From the IMG/VR virus record IMGVR_UViG_3300031857_011362, positions 60,443 to 124,442 of that record: a DNA stretch of 64,000 nucleotides; one strand, written 5' to 3'. Below the pieces are notes generated by a model, which saw only the letters and a list, made by a program, of their open reading frames with translations, did not search any database and was not told where the DNA came from. Source of the stretch: a virus. A program made the position numbers and the translations under genes. Shown piece by piece: positions 19,770 to 30,016 of this stretch (positions are counted from its first letter, which is position 1; every line of letters starts with the position of its first letter).

Positions 19770-21232
19770 AATTTCCAACTTAATTTTTTATATTTGTAAT
19801 TTGTAATGAATCTATTCATATTGTCAGACTCATCATTACACCATTTAATCTTAATAATATCAGCAACATTATTAGTATTGTGCTCAATAAACCCTGATAC
19901 GAAGTTAAACCCAGTGCAATTAAAATTATCCGAGAACACAATGTCGTAGAAATTCTGCATAATGTCAATAGCAGTTAATTGATCCATACCGTCATGCTCC
20001 CAAATAGTGACTTCTTCTAGTCCGGGATAAAAGCTAATGATATCTGGTTTCTTATCTACCTTTTTCTTTCTTATACCGTACTTTTCTAAGTTCTTAGAAA
20101 ACTCACTTAGATTAGACATTTGTGAATTATACTCTGGTATTTCTAAGTACCATGATGTAACACTTTGATCTTGCCAATTTTGCACACACCAGTCAATACC
20201 ATCTTGAAACGTTTCTGGAGTTTCCTTAGGTAATCCGCAAATAAGACTGACAGTACCTCGATACATATTATGCGGTTCAAAGAAGTTTCTTGCATCAAGT
20301 AGTCCTTGTTTAAGTTTGACAGGATTCATTCCCTTACCTATAATTTTCCCGGCTTGATGATTAAATGTTTCTACTCCGTAAAAATGTCCACCAAGTCCCA
20401 TAGCTAACATTTTGTCCCAGTGACTGCGTTGATTTACTAACAAGTCAGCTCTCATAAATGCCATAAACCATGGTTTAAAATTCAAACTGGATACAGCATC
20501 AGAATACTTTTCAATTTTCTCTATACGGTCATTGAATGTTTCGTCTGCAATAGTATAGTTTTTAACACCCCATTCATCGTAATTAAACATTAATTCATCT
20601 TTAATATCGTCTCTGGATCTAGAAGTATCTTCTTTAACTCCCAATATTGGAAAATTACAGAAATCACATTTGAACTTACAGCCACGACTCGTTTCAATAG
20701 TAAGCATTTCAAACGATTCAATAAAGTCTCGTTTCTCATGTGTGTTTCTGTATGTAGGTAGATTCCATGCAGGAAAGTTATGTAGTGCTCTAATTACTTT
20801 TCTACCTTGATAATCTTCAAACTGTAATCCAGTGTGAAATATCAGATTTCCTGAGATATGTCTACATAACTCTAGCATTGCAACTTCTCCAAAGCTGTCT
20901 ACCCAGTAGTCAATGTTTTGTGCAGGTGTAATTAAACATCCGTGACCACCCAGTATCGTTGGGATGTTTGGATAAGTTTCTTTAAGCCATTTAGTAAAGT
21001 TATTAGTGTCTTCCGGCCACCAATTAATAAACGAACTAAATCCAAAGAATTTAGTATTAGAATTAACTCTGCTACGAACAAATTCTTTTAGTTCATCAAG
21101 TGTAAACTCAATAGCAAAGTCAAGTACTTCAATATCCCAGTTACTGGCTCTTAGATAAGAAGCTATACGATGTGCACCGGTCCCCCTGTGCCCACGCTCT
21201 TTTCTGTAACTAAACATTAACCCGTGATGCAT
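19766..21232 (-). CDS. Cobalamin-binding (class B-like) radical SAM protein
   Basis: N-terminal B12-binding-like domain (GFSS..ILGGHG), SRGCKFKCDFC, ADETF, GVET. Confidence 0.8.
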   Translation of the reverse strand: MHHGLMFSYRKERGHRGTGAHRIASYLRASNWDIEVLDFAIEFTLDELKEFVRSRVNSNTKFFGFSSFINWWPEDTNNFTKWLKETYPNIPTILGGHGCLITPAQNIDYWVDSFGEVAMLELCRHISGNLIFHTGLQFEDYQGRKVIRALHNFPAWNLPTYRNTHEKRDFIESFEMLTIETSRGCKFKCDFCNFPILGVKEDTSRSRDDIKDELMFNYDEWGVKNYTIADETFNDRIEKIEKYSDAVSSLNFKPWFMAFMRADLLVNQRSHWDKMLAMGLGGHFYGVETFNHQAGKIIGKGMNPVKLKQGLLDARNFFEPHNMYRGTVSLICGLPKETPETFQDGIDWCVQNWQDQSVTSWYLEIPEYNSQMSNLSEFSKNLEKYGIRKKKVDKKPDIISFYPGLEEVTIWEHDGMDQLTAIDIMQNFYDIVFSDNFNCTGFNFVSGFIEHNTNNVADIIKIKWCNDESDNMNRFITNYKYKKLSWKL

Positions 21233-22293
21233 TACACTAACCTATATTGTTCAGGTACCGTATCTAATAAAGGTAATTTATTATTAACTAATCTATCACG
21301 CAATAACACTTGATGCACCAATGGCGATATTGGCATGCCGGGCAACATATCAGCCCAAGACTCAGTTTGTGTTTCTACTAAGTCAAGTGTTTTGATATCA
21401 GGCCATTGTATTAGTTTAACTAATACTCCGTTGATTTCTACAGGGTAATGAGCACGAATTCCCAGTTCGGGTCTAGGATTAAATGTCCAATTATTCTTTT
21501 CTGCTATGGTACGACTATTTTTCACTAAATCACTCATAAACATCTTATCCTGTACAGGACTTCTTCCAATCTCGGTGCCTACACGTATACGATACATTTT
21601 GCAATATTGTTTTTCTTTGTTAAATTTCTGTATTTCTTCTAAGCAATACTCTAATTGGTGATATCCTTCAAGCGTATAGCTAATGTTCTTTATTGACATG
21701 TTTCTAGCTTTACAATTTTCAATACCTTGTATTTGTTTTCGTCTAACAGTGTGACCCTGATAATCCGGATGATTTAATCCAAATGTAAAGTGAACATTAT
21801 TAAATTCTGTAAATTCATCAATGTATTCTTCTTTACTAAGTCTAACGCCGTTAGTCAAAATCATGATAGGTCTTATAGATACTTCATTGATTGCACGAAT
21901 AAGATCGGGTAAATCTTCTCTAACTGTGGGTTCAGCACCCATTAATACAACAGATTGGTTACCGGGCCAGTTCTTAATCTGAGCTATAATGCTTTCAATG
22001 CTTGGGTCTTTGCTGGTACTGTCGGGCAATTGATAACAATGCGGGCATGTTAAATTGCATCTATTTGTTATATCCAAGCATATAGCATCTAAGAATGTTT
22101 TTAATTCACGTTTTGGATACTGATAATTTAAATAAAATTCTGAGTCAGGATCAACTAAATGTGTCTCTCCGATATGATTTGGGCATTTCTTTTTCAAGTA
22201 CACTCTACCATCTTTTTCAAATAACTCAGCAGGTATATGTTTACTGCATGTAGTACATAAACTAGTGGTGTGGTGTATGTGATTGATTGTCAT
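21232..22293 (-). CDS. Radical SAM protein with N-terminal CxxC..CPxH module
   Basis: CTTC..CPNH, CNLTCPHC, GAEPT, TNG. Confidence 0.85.
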   Translation of the reverse strand: MTINHIHHTTSLCTTCSKHIPAELFEKDGRVYLKKKCPNHIGETHLVDPDSEFYLNYQYPKRELKTFLDAICLDITNRCNLTCPHCYQLPDSTSKDPSIESIIAQIKNWPGNQSVVLMGAEPTVREDLPDLIRAINEVSIRPIMILTNGVRLSKEEYIDEFTEFNNVHFTFGLNHPDYQGHTVRRKQIQGIENCKARNMSIKNISYTLEGYHQLEYCLEEIQKFNKEKQYCKMYRIRVGTEIGRSPVQDKMFMSDLVKNSRTIAEKNNWTFNPRPELGIRAHYPVEINGVLVKLIQWPDIKTLDLVETQTESWADMLPGMPISPLVHQVLLRDRLVNNKLPLLDTVPEQYRLV

Positions 22294-22335
22294 ATATTAT
22301 TTATGTTCTATGTCTAACCTTATAAATATTATGCA

Positions 22336-23019
22336 ATGAACTATCAATATTATTATAACAACGTCCCGGGTGTTGGGTTAACTAGAAACAATTTAATCTA
22401 TACCAGTCTTATTTCTGACGATAAAAAGACATTTGTACAATGGTACTACAATGATTCTGTATATCATGCTGGACAAAATGAAGTAATTGATTCAGATAAA
22501 ATGGAAGAAAAATGGCAACGGGAAGTAAAGTATTTGTCTTTAATGAGAGACCAACACCCTGACTTAGTACCCAAAATCAATGACATAGATTACGCCAATA
22601 AAAAAATCTATTTAAGTATAGATGGTATTGATTTTTGGAATCGTGCTGAATGCTCATCTGATAATTATGATAATGTATTACCTGATTGGCAAGAACAAAT
22701 GCTTGAGATTTTTAATGCTCATAAAGCCTTAGGTGTACACAAATATTCAATGCATCCTAGTAGTTACTTTATAGTAGACGGTCAGCTTAAAAGTTTCAAT
22801 TACTTTTTCACATACCATAATACAGAACCCTGTGTTAGTGTAAAGGATGTTCAAAGTCATATACACAGTAATAGACAAGTAGAAATACGTAAGCATTTAG
22901 AAAGTTTAGGAATTGAATGGGATGTGCCGCAACCATGGCCATTAATGGATAAATTATGTTGGAACAGTTTTAGAACTAATTACCCTGAAGACTTCATTAC
23001 TAAGGCTTTAAATGTATAG
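22336..23019 (+). CDS. Protein-kinase-like fold protein, catalytic loop degenerate
   Basis: REVKYL, VPKI, HK.LGVH..SMHP; paralog of 16162..16854. Confidence 0.5.
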   Translation: MNYQYYYNNVPGVGLTRNNLIYTSLISDDKKTFVQWYYNDSVYHAGQNEVIDSDKMEEKWQREVKYLSLMRDQHPDLVPKINDIDYANKKIYLSIDGIDFWNRAECSSDNYDNVLPDWQEQMLEIFNAHKALGVHKYSMHPSSYFIVDGQLKSFNYFFTYHNTEPCVSVKDVQSHIHSNRQVEIRKHLESLGIEWDVPQPWPLMDKLCWNSFRTNYPEDFITKALNV

Positions 23020-23563
23020 AATTGTTCCTTTTTCGGACGATTTAGATTTAGAAGAATTTTATATTAAAGCTCTTGCCCGAGGCTATAAAAACAACAGTAG
23101 TAAATTCTGGATTAAAGATTGCTTTCGCAACGAACAGAGTAGTCAAACTTGGATACTATATTATAATAGTAACCCGGTTGGGTCTGTCGTAGCACACACG
23201 TTCCCCGAGATGGGCTCTAAATCATACAGAATAGCGGCTAGAACCTGTGTGCTTACTGATGATATACCCACGCCGTCATTAAGAACAAGAAATCAAATTA
23301 TCACACATCAACATGCTACTGCGCAGTTTTTAATTCCGTCATGCATTGAATGGGCAGGTAAAGAAAATGATTTGTATATTACTTCCAACAACCTAGAAAG
23401 TGGAAGTCAAAGACTAGTACACAACATATATTTTCCTTCTATGGCTAAATCAGGGCAAGTAACCCGTATTTGTGAACTAGAGTATCGAGGATCTATGCAA
23501 ACAGTTTGGAAATTATGTGTAGATAGATTCTATGAAGAACTTAACAAACACCCTAGATGGTAG
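23012..23563 (+). CDS. GNAT-like acetyltransferase
   Basis: ILYY..PVG..AH..RIAARTCV topology. Confidence 0.45.
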   Translation: MYRIVPFSDDLDLEEFYIKALARGYKNNSSKFWIKDCFRNEQSSQTWILYYNSNPVGSVVAHTFPEMGSKSYRIAARTCVLTDDIPTPSLRTRNQIITHQHATAQFLIPSCIEWAGKENDLYITSNNLESGSQRLVHNIYFPSMAKSGQVTRICELEYRGSMQTVWKLCVDRFYEELNKHPRW

Positions 23564-24151
23564 TTAGATAGTTAAATTTAGATTATAGATATCGTCAAAT
23601 TGATCGGTATCACACACAATAATTATGTGTGCTCTAGTCACATGACCGCAATTTATAGTTCCGTGTCTTTGCTTAACATCTAGTATATAAGCACTGCCCG
23701 GATACATATGATCGAACCCATAGTCAGTTACCCACCAATGTGTCTCGTCTGCGATAATTGGAATATGTATTTTAATTTTGTTTTCTTGGTCAGTGTGAGG
23801 GGTTACTATGGTAGCTGGCGGGGCAATAGCTACAATACTTCTGTGTGCTGTAGGAAATGACTCAATTGCTTTAGCCGCCCAATCTACGCAACATCCGGTG
23901 TTTTTGTATAGTTTATAATCCCCTACTGTATTGTTTTCAAATGCATGATATGTTTGATTGACGTTCTCATATATAGTTTGAAGTCCCCAGCCGTATGCTT
24001 GATGGTCTGCCCACGGATTTTCACATGCACATCCTCCCATACCCACCCACTTTTGACTTTGAAATTCATTTTCTAAACGCTTGTAGAAGTTTAGTGCGGC
24101 ATCAACGTCAATAACAATGTTTGGTATTTTCGTAATCGTTTTTCTTTGCAT
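23564..24151 (-). CDS. Asp/Asn beta-hydroxylase-like oxygenase
   Basis: PHTD..KIHIPI..RHGTIN..RAHI. Confidence 0.78.
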   Translation of the reverse strand: MQRKTITKIPNIVIDVDAALNFYKRLENEFQSQKWVGMGGCACENPWADHQAYGWGLQTIYENVNQTYHAFENNTVGDYKLYKNTGCCVDWAAKAIESFPTAHRSIVAIAPPATIVTPHTDQENKIKIHIPIIADETHWWVTDYGFDHMYPGSAYILDVKQRHGTINCGHVTRAHIIIVCDTDQFDDIYNLNLTI

Positions 24152-24159
24152 GTTAAATC

Positions 24160-24717
24160 CTAATGTAAATCTACCCAAACTCCGTTTGCATAACCTTGGA
24201 ATTTGTGAGTATCATCATTGTACACAATCATTCCGTTTTTGGGTTGTATACTATTTATAGACAAAGTACTTTGTTCGATGCATTGAACCATTTTAGTTTC
24301 AAACCCACCGTCTTTATTGAATCTCCAGCCCCTATAATCGTCTAATATCTCACCCTGCCCGTCGCCTGCACCAACAAGGATACTTAAACTACTTGCGGGT
24401 GCATTGTCGGTTTTGTCAGCAGTGGGATCCATTCTTGAAAGTAGTGACACTAGACTTTTGCTAATGTCATCGTTATTTTCGTTAGAATAAGTAGTGAAAC
24501 TCAACGTTACGCCATAGTCACCCGGGTGTAGTGCCTCAGGTTCGTCAATAGTTCCACGCACTGCATGTATCTCGACCCTAGGCTTATCGCCTCCTGCAAC
24601 ACCAACCATACGCACTACTCTATTACTATTAGACTGTAATATGACCCCTTTGTCTGTGCTTACAGTCAAATGCTGGTCATTGGCATTAATAACATCTACT
24701 GATATTTCTTTTTTCAT
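24160..24717 (-). CDS. Hypothetical protein with phage virion-type C-terminal motif
   Basis: Ends NGMIVYN..KFQGYANG.W.DLH. Confidence 0.5.
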   Translation of the reverse strand: MKKEISVDVINANDQHLTVSTDKGVILQSNSNRVVRMVGVAGGDKPRVEIHAVRGTIDEPEALHPGDYGVTLSFTTYSNENNDDISKSLVSLLSRMDPTADKTDNAPASSLSILVGAGDGQGEILDDYRGWRFNKDGGFETKMVQCIEQSTLSINSIQPKNGMIVYNDDTHKFQGYANGVWVDLH

Positions 24718-25370
24718 ACCAACACTTCATGGTTATGGTATTTGCCAGTTACATTTTGTTCTATGCAAGCCTTGTCAAACTTTTGTTTCCATTCATCAGT
24801 GCAGTCTAGTCGATGAATGATTAAGTGAAATCTATCCTCATTGCTATTATTGATAACCGAATGAGGGTAATGTATGTTCATCACATACGATTTCCCGGGT
24901 TCCATAAACAATGTTTCTTTATCTCCCCACTGCCATAAACAGTCTACGGGATTACTAAGGCTTATGTTTGTGTTATCTAATAGTGGTACCCTAGAATCCA
25001 TGTGTTCTGAGATATAACCACCGGCTTCTACTAACATAAATCTAACTCTACCAAACATGTTGCTAGGGAAACGATTTTTAACAAAGTCTACAGTGACAGG
25101 ACATTGCTTAGATAATTCTGTCCACTGCATATCTTTCACTACTTCTTCAATATCGGTATATCCGTAGTCTTTCCAATGCCCCGACTTATGTTCATCTAGT
25201 CCGTGTAATACAAGACTGCGCCAGCCTTTATGGTCATAACTTCCGGGTCTGTGTGTCACAAAATGTTCTTTAAGTGCCTTAGCCTCAGCTAGCATACCCA
25301 AATAGTCTATGTCAAAATCTAAGATAAGATATTTGGAATCTGATATGAAATAGTCTTTGAGTAGGGTCAT
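24714..25370 (-). CDS. Asp/Asn beta-hydroxylase-like oxygenase
   Basis: RVRFM..GGYI.EHMD..PHSVIN..RFHLII. Confidence 0.8.
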   Translation of the reverse strand: MTLLKDYFISDSKYLILDFDIDYLGMLAEAKALKEHFVTHRPGSYDHKGWRSLVLHGLDEHKSGHWKDYGYTDIEEVVKDMQWTELSKQCPVTVDFVKNRFPSNMFGRVRFMLVEAGGYISEHMDSRVPLLDNTNISLSNPVDCLWQWGDKETLFMEPGKSYVMNIHYPHSVINNSNEDRFHLIIHRLDCTDEWKQKFDKACIEQNVTGKYHNHEVLV

Positions 25371-25402
25371 TAATTTTATTCTCTTATCAATATTTATTAA
25401 AT

Positions 25403-26809
25403 ATGCGTATGCTACAGAAAATTCACACCAACCACCATGCAAAATCGATATTAATTTGCATACATGATATTTTAAATGATTGTCAATCTGATTGGTCAAG
25501 AGAGATAGCTAAAAATTTATCCGACTATATGGTTAATCGTTTCTTAAAATACGGTTATGATGTGTGTATAGGAACCGATGAAAATGAATTATTGAGCCAT
25601 GGATTAGACCAATATAGTCATGCTGTCATTATAGCTACTGGTACTAGCCCTAAGTTGTCGGATAGACTGATAGGTGCAATAGAAGACAAGTGTATGGAAG
25701 ATTTTTACCTAGCAGGACATGTATTAGATAGAAAAGAAAAGTATTTTGAACTACACCATCAATTCTATATAGTAAATTTAAAAACCCATGCTGAGTTAGG
25801 ATGCCCAATTATTGGTGATGTATCTGATAATACACATACCTTAACTAAACCCATATCAGATAGTAATGATGATTATATTGCCCAAGTACTGAAATGTGGC
25901 ACAGAAGACTACTCATACTCTGGGGTTATGCATGGTTGGAATATATTATCTACTGCATTAGAACATAATAAACCTATTATTGATTTGGGCAATGATATAC
26001 GAAACAACAAGAAATATTTCTATTATGAATACGACCATGTATTTTTAAAAGAGTCTACGTCTTTATATTACAATCAGTATTTCTTCAATAACTTTGTAGT
26101 CCCGTTCAACAGCGATAGATTAAGCGAAAACTTAGTATTTGAAGGACCAATAGAACAATATATAACTTTAGGTACAGGTATTAATTGGGTTGAAAATCTA
26201 CACAAGGTTGGCTTTACAGAATCTACCGTTGTGTATTTTACAGATATCAATCCATTGGTTTTACAATTTATGCAGTCTATGGTAAAAGAATGGGACGGGG
26301 AAGATTATGTAGATTTTTACATGTCAAAGAATTTTATAATCCCAAATAATATTCAGTATGATTATGATAGCTATATGGAACAAACTAGAAGCCAATGGCT
26401 TGCATTCAGAGTTAATAATCCCGACTGGTTGACTAAATGGAATAATATACGCGGTCTTACTTTCAAATTCATATCTATTGATTACATGAGTGAATACAAC
26501 TTTGATTGGTTTGATAGTAACAAAAAAACAATTTTTAATGCCAGTGATATGTTTGACCATGTCCCGGTTATCTTTCAGCAAAGTATGAAGTATAGAATAG
26601 CGGCAGAGAATCGCTTTATTACTAGGCTTCAAGAAAAAGATCCCAACTTATACTTACTTTGGACAAGTCGAGCCTGCACTGAGTTTATGAAAACTAGTGA
26701 TGCCCCTAAGTTTCAAACAATATGTGAAGTTAATGTAGTTGACATAGAACAAATTGTTCGACCATATTGGCATAAGGACGATTGGAATACATTAAGACCA
26801 TTGGTCTAA
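25403..26809 (+). CDS. Hypothetical protein
   Basis: 468-aa ORF; function not recognised. Confidence 0.65.
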   Translation: MRMLQKIHTNHHAKSILICIHDILNDCQSDWSREIAKNLSDYMVNRFLKYGYDVCIGTDENELLSHGLDQYSHAVIIATGTSPKLSDRLIGAIEDKCMEDFYLAGHVLDRKEKYFELHHQFYIVNLKTHAELGCPIIGDVSDNTHTLTKPISDSNDDYIAQVLKCGTEDYSYSGVMHGWNILSTALEHNKPIIDLGNDIRNNKKYFYYEYDHVFLKESTSLYYNQYFFNNFVVPFNSDRLSENLVFEGPIEQYITLGTGINWVENLHKVGFTESTVVYFTDINPLVLQFMQSMVKEWDGEDYVDFYMSKNFIIPNNIQYDYDSYMEQTRSQWLAFRVNNPDWLTKWNNIRGLTFKFISIDYMSEYNFDWFDSNKKTIFNASDMFDHVPVIFQQSMKYRIAAENRFITRLQEKDPNLYLLWTSRACTEFMKTSDAPKFQTICEVNVVDIEQIVRPYWHKDDWNTLRPLV

Positions 26810-26813
26810 TGTT

Positions 26814-27485
26814 TTATATTAGTGAAGACTCAACTAAACATTCTTTAATGTCTTTTGCTATTTGTTCATGTGTTAGTGGACCTGGGTGACAATTATCTAA
26901 TGCGTAATCTACAAAATTCCCTACTATTAACTTAATATCCTTATAAGGTATTTTAACGTATTTGGGTTTATAATCTCTTAAGCTGTCATAATCTACAAAG
27001 AAATTATAATGCGGAACATTTATACTAGATAGATATAAATTAGCATGATGTACATGTAACCAAGTCCTCATTATTAAATCAGTGTCATTGTGGGCCAACA
27101 TCCAGTCTTTTGATAGACCATCATGGGCCCAAGATCCAACATGCACTGCCATATCAGCGTGGTCTATTTTTTTACTAAAAAACTCTAACGTCGGGTTGTA
27201 CTTTTCGTGGAATATCATATCCCTACTATGAAAACTCCACATTACCACACATAGTGAGTCATTATTAAAGTTAGTGTTGAGTATTCTATGCAATATTGCA
27301 AGATTGCTAAACCCCGGCCCACTACGGTTGACCATGTTGTATTCTAAATCTTTTGCTAGTAAAGACGGCCACGCATATTGACTACATACTGAGCCAACCG
27401 TATAATCATTACCCTGCTTCATCCAGCAGTCTTCTAAGCCGTGACCGTATGTATATGAATCTCCAAAAGCAAATAGTGTTCTCAT
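26814..27485 (-). CDS. SGNH/GDSL hydrolase-like protein
   Basis: FGDSYTYG, G.SN, D..HPG. Confidence 0.72.
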   Translation of the reverse strand: MRTLFAFGDSYTYGHGLEDCWMKQGNDYTVGSVCSQYAWPSLLAKDLEYNMVNRSGPGFSNLAILHRILNTNFNNDSLCVVMWSFHSRDMIFHEKYNPTLEFFSKKIDHADMAVHVGSWAHDGLSKDWMLAHNDTDLIMRTWLHVHHANLYLSSINVPHYNFFVDYDSLRDYKPKYVKIPYKDIKLIVGNFVDYALDNCHPGPLTHEQIAKDIKECLVESSLI

Positions 27486-28474
27486 AATTTTTCTTTTGGT
27501 ATCTTACTGTCAGCACTAGAGACACATGAAGGTGTAGTACAAATTACCGGTTTGTCAAAGATAGTAAAACCTTTACTTAGTGACCCTAACGGTGTATCAC
27601 TGCAACTATAACTACGTTTTACTTCATCACTGCGTATCACTATGCCCTGATACCCACTATTACACATCCATCCTTCAAACTTGTTGAATCCAAATGCATT
27701 GAATCGTTCTGCTTGATCTAGCCAGTGCACCTTGTTTGTATCATCTATTAGTTTAACTTGTAGTACAGGCTCATCATTTGCCTGTTGAGGAAATCCATTA
27801 CGCATGATTTGTATCATTTCATCAGTATACCCACTAACAACAAAACTAGCAGTAGGATCACTCTGTGGCTTAAGTGTGACATTGATCCCACGTTTATGAA
27901 AACGTTGTAGTCGTTCATAGCTTTCCCAAAAGAATTCAGGAACCATAACTTGATTGACTGTTACATAGACTTGTTCCTGCATCAATGCTAGAATCTTATC
28001 TCCAAACTCGTTCTCTTTGGCAAACTCTGCATGAAAACTAGCAGTTAGGCTTCTACGTTGTAATAGACTAGTAGCTTTATCCCAACGTAGCCACCAATTG
28101 ATACTGGGCGACAGATTGGTAGTCATGTGGACACTTTGATAACCTTCGACTGGACCTTCATCTAAGTGTTGAGTGAGTTCTAGCAAATGCTTATATGCTG
28201 TGGGTTCTCCACCACTAAAGCTCCAGTGAAACTTGTTAAACCCATTACGTCTAGCTTGTTCTTTGATACTGTCAATAGAGTTCTTGTATATTTGTAAATC
28301 TTGATGGTCTGGCACATTGCTATTAGCATATGGCCAGCAATAGCTACAGCTATAATTACAGAATCTTCCAAGTATCCAGCTAACGGTGAATAAGTCCATG
28401 TCAAGCATATTTGCTTGCCCAAACTTAACTATCCTATCGAATGGAATATCACTGAAGTTGTTTTGTGTACTCAT
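27482..28474 (-). CDS. Radical SAM protein
   Basis: CNYSCSYC, SGGEP, CNSG..SC..C..PSC; paralog of 12606..13508. Confidence 0.9.
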   Translation of the reverse strand: MSTQNNFSDIPFDRIVKFGQANMLDMDLFTVSWILGRFCNYSCSYCWPYANSNVPDHQDLQIYKNSIDSIKEQARRNGFNKFHWSFSGGEPTAYKHLLELTQHLDEGPVEGYQSVHMTTNLSPSINWWLRWDKATSLLQRRSLTASFHAEFAKENEFGDKILALMQEQVYVTVNQVMVPEFFWESYERLQRFHKRGINVTLKPQSDPTASFVVSGYTDEMIQIMRNGFPQQANDEPVLQVKLIDDTNKVHWLDQAERFNAFGFNKFEGWMCNSGYQGIVIRSDEVKRSYSCSDTPLGSLSKGFTIFDKPVICTTPSCVSSADSKIPKEKL

Positions 28475-29990
28475 CGTGTAGCCATTCGTAGTTGTTGATT
28501 AGTTTAAGTTTTTCGTTATCGTTTTTGTTTGCTTCGCCATATAGCTTGCCCATCAATGCACCTCGAATTGTCTCACGACCGTATTGTTCTTCAGCACCAA
28601 CACTGCACCACGTGAACAGTCTGTCTAATGTTTCACTTGATTGTTGCCTGTCAATAACTTGGCTAGATAGTTTGACACATTCACGGAAAGCAGTACGCCA
28701 AGAACTAAACTCATCTGTGTTAAACTTGTGTATGTTGCTTATGATGTGTACAGGCTCATACAGTGTGCTAATGCTGGTAGTCATATCTACTTTATCAGTA
28801 CTCATACGCATGGTAGCAAGACGAGGAAGCAGTTTAATTCCACCGTGACCGTATACTAATTTGTTTACAGGATTGATAGAACGAAATACTCTGACAGTAG
28901 GTTGTTCGTAAAACTTCACATCATTGTATACAAAGTTAAAATCATCGTGTATGATTGCATCACCATCTACTACCCAAAAGTAATCAGTCTGACACATCTT
29001 TGCCGCACGTATGTGTGCATTGTGTATACCCTGAACCCCACTCAATACTTTAGTACGGGGGAAACGTTCTTTAACTTTGTTGAAATTTTCTTCTGCTTCG
29101 GGTTCGTTGTTGTGAATGAATACAATATCATACTTTGGGGTATAGTTTACAGGGCTACGTGTTGGGTTAGTAATACGGGTCCTGTAATCACTACATACCC
29201 AACCTTGTAGTGCTATCCCGATGTTATTATCGTTGGTCTTTTCTTTTATCAATATACCTAGTACATTTACTTCTTCTAATAATGTCCCTGGCATTACATT
29301 TGTCATATGCTCAAACAGTTTATCAAGGAATGAAAAATTCTTAACGTTGTTTGAACCGTCCCAGTAATTGACCTTGAGCATAAAGTAAGCTAGTCTTGCA
29401 CCATAAACAGCGTATAGTCCGTTCTCTATATCTTCGCCAATGTGCATCCAACGCCATATCCTATCATAATTACGCCAGTCTATGTTATCATCACGTGTGA
29501 GTTTTATGACTTCACGGAAGCCTGCACGCCATGCTTGTAGTGGGCTAGCATTAATGTGCAAATCGCTACCTATATTGTTTAGTTCTATGTACTTGTTTAA
29601 CACAAAGTCAATGCTATCGTCATCACCGTTTTCGTGTGTACGCATTTCTATGATATGTTTAACAGGCCAGCATTTGATACCACCATTTCCATAACTAGTG
29701 CCATTGACAATGTTATATCCTGCATAGCTTATAACATCCTCATCCGAATACTCTATATCAATATCAGTTGTATAGAAGTCATCTCTGACCCAATTGTCTC
29801 CGTCAATGATGACAACACGGTCAGTTGTTGCTAGTTTAGCACATTCTTTGTGTGCAGTATCACTACCCTCTACCCCATGCACTCTTAGAGCATTTGGGTT
29901 TAGAGTTAATAAATGTTGATAGTTTTCTTCACAGTTTGGTTCATCATAGCTTAGAAACACTGTGGTATAGTCTGAGGGATTAAATCGCAT
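28449..29990 (-). CDS. Tandem two-domain GT-A glycosyltransferase-like protein
   Basis: Two internal repeats, each with GV.G..AH, DGD, YG.GGIK, WR..FRE..KL. Confidence 0.7.
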   Translation of the reverse strand: MRFNPSDYTTVFLSYDEPNCEENYQHLLTLNPNALRVHGVEGSDTAHKECAKLATTDRVVIIDGDNWVRDDFYTTDIDIEYSDEDVISYAGYNIVNGTSYGNGGIKCWPVKHIIEMRTHENGDDDSIDFVLNKYIELNNIGSDLHINASPLQAWRAGFREVIKLTRDDNIDWRNYDRIWRWMHIGEDIENGLYAVYGARLAYFMLKVNYWDGSNNVKNFSFLDKLFEHMTNVMPGTLLEEVNVLGILIKEKTNDNNIGIALQGWVCSDYRTRITNPTRSPVNYTPKYDIVFIHNNEPEAEENFNKVKERFPRTKVLSGVQGIHNAHIRAAKMCQTDYFWVVDGDAIIHDDFNFVYNDVKFYEQPTVRVFRSINPVNKLVYGHGGIKLLPRLATMRMSTDKVDMTTSISTLYEPVHIISNIHKFNTDEFSSWRTAFRECVKLSSQVIDRQQSSETLDRLFTWCSVGAEEQYGRETIRGALMGKLYGEANKNDNEKLKLINNYEWLHDEYTKQLQ

Positions 29991-30016
29991 GACTGTATTT
30001 ATAATGTAAATATGTC

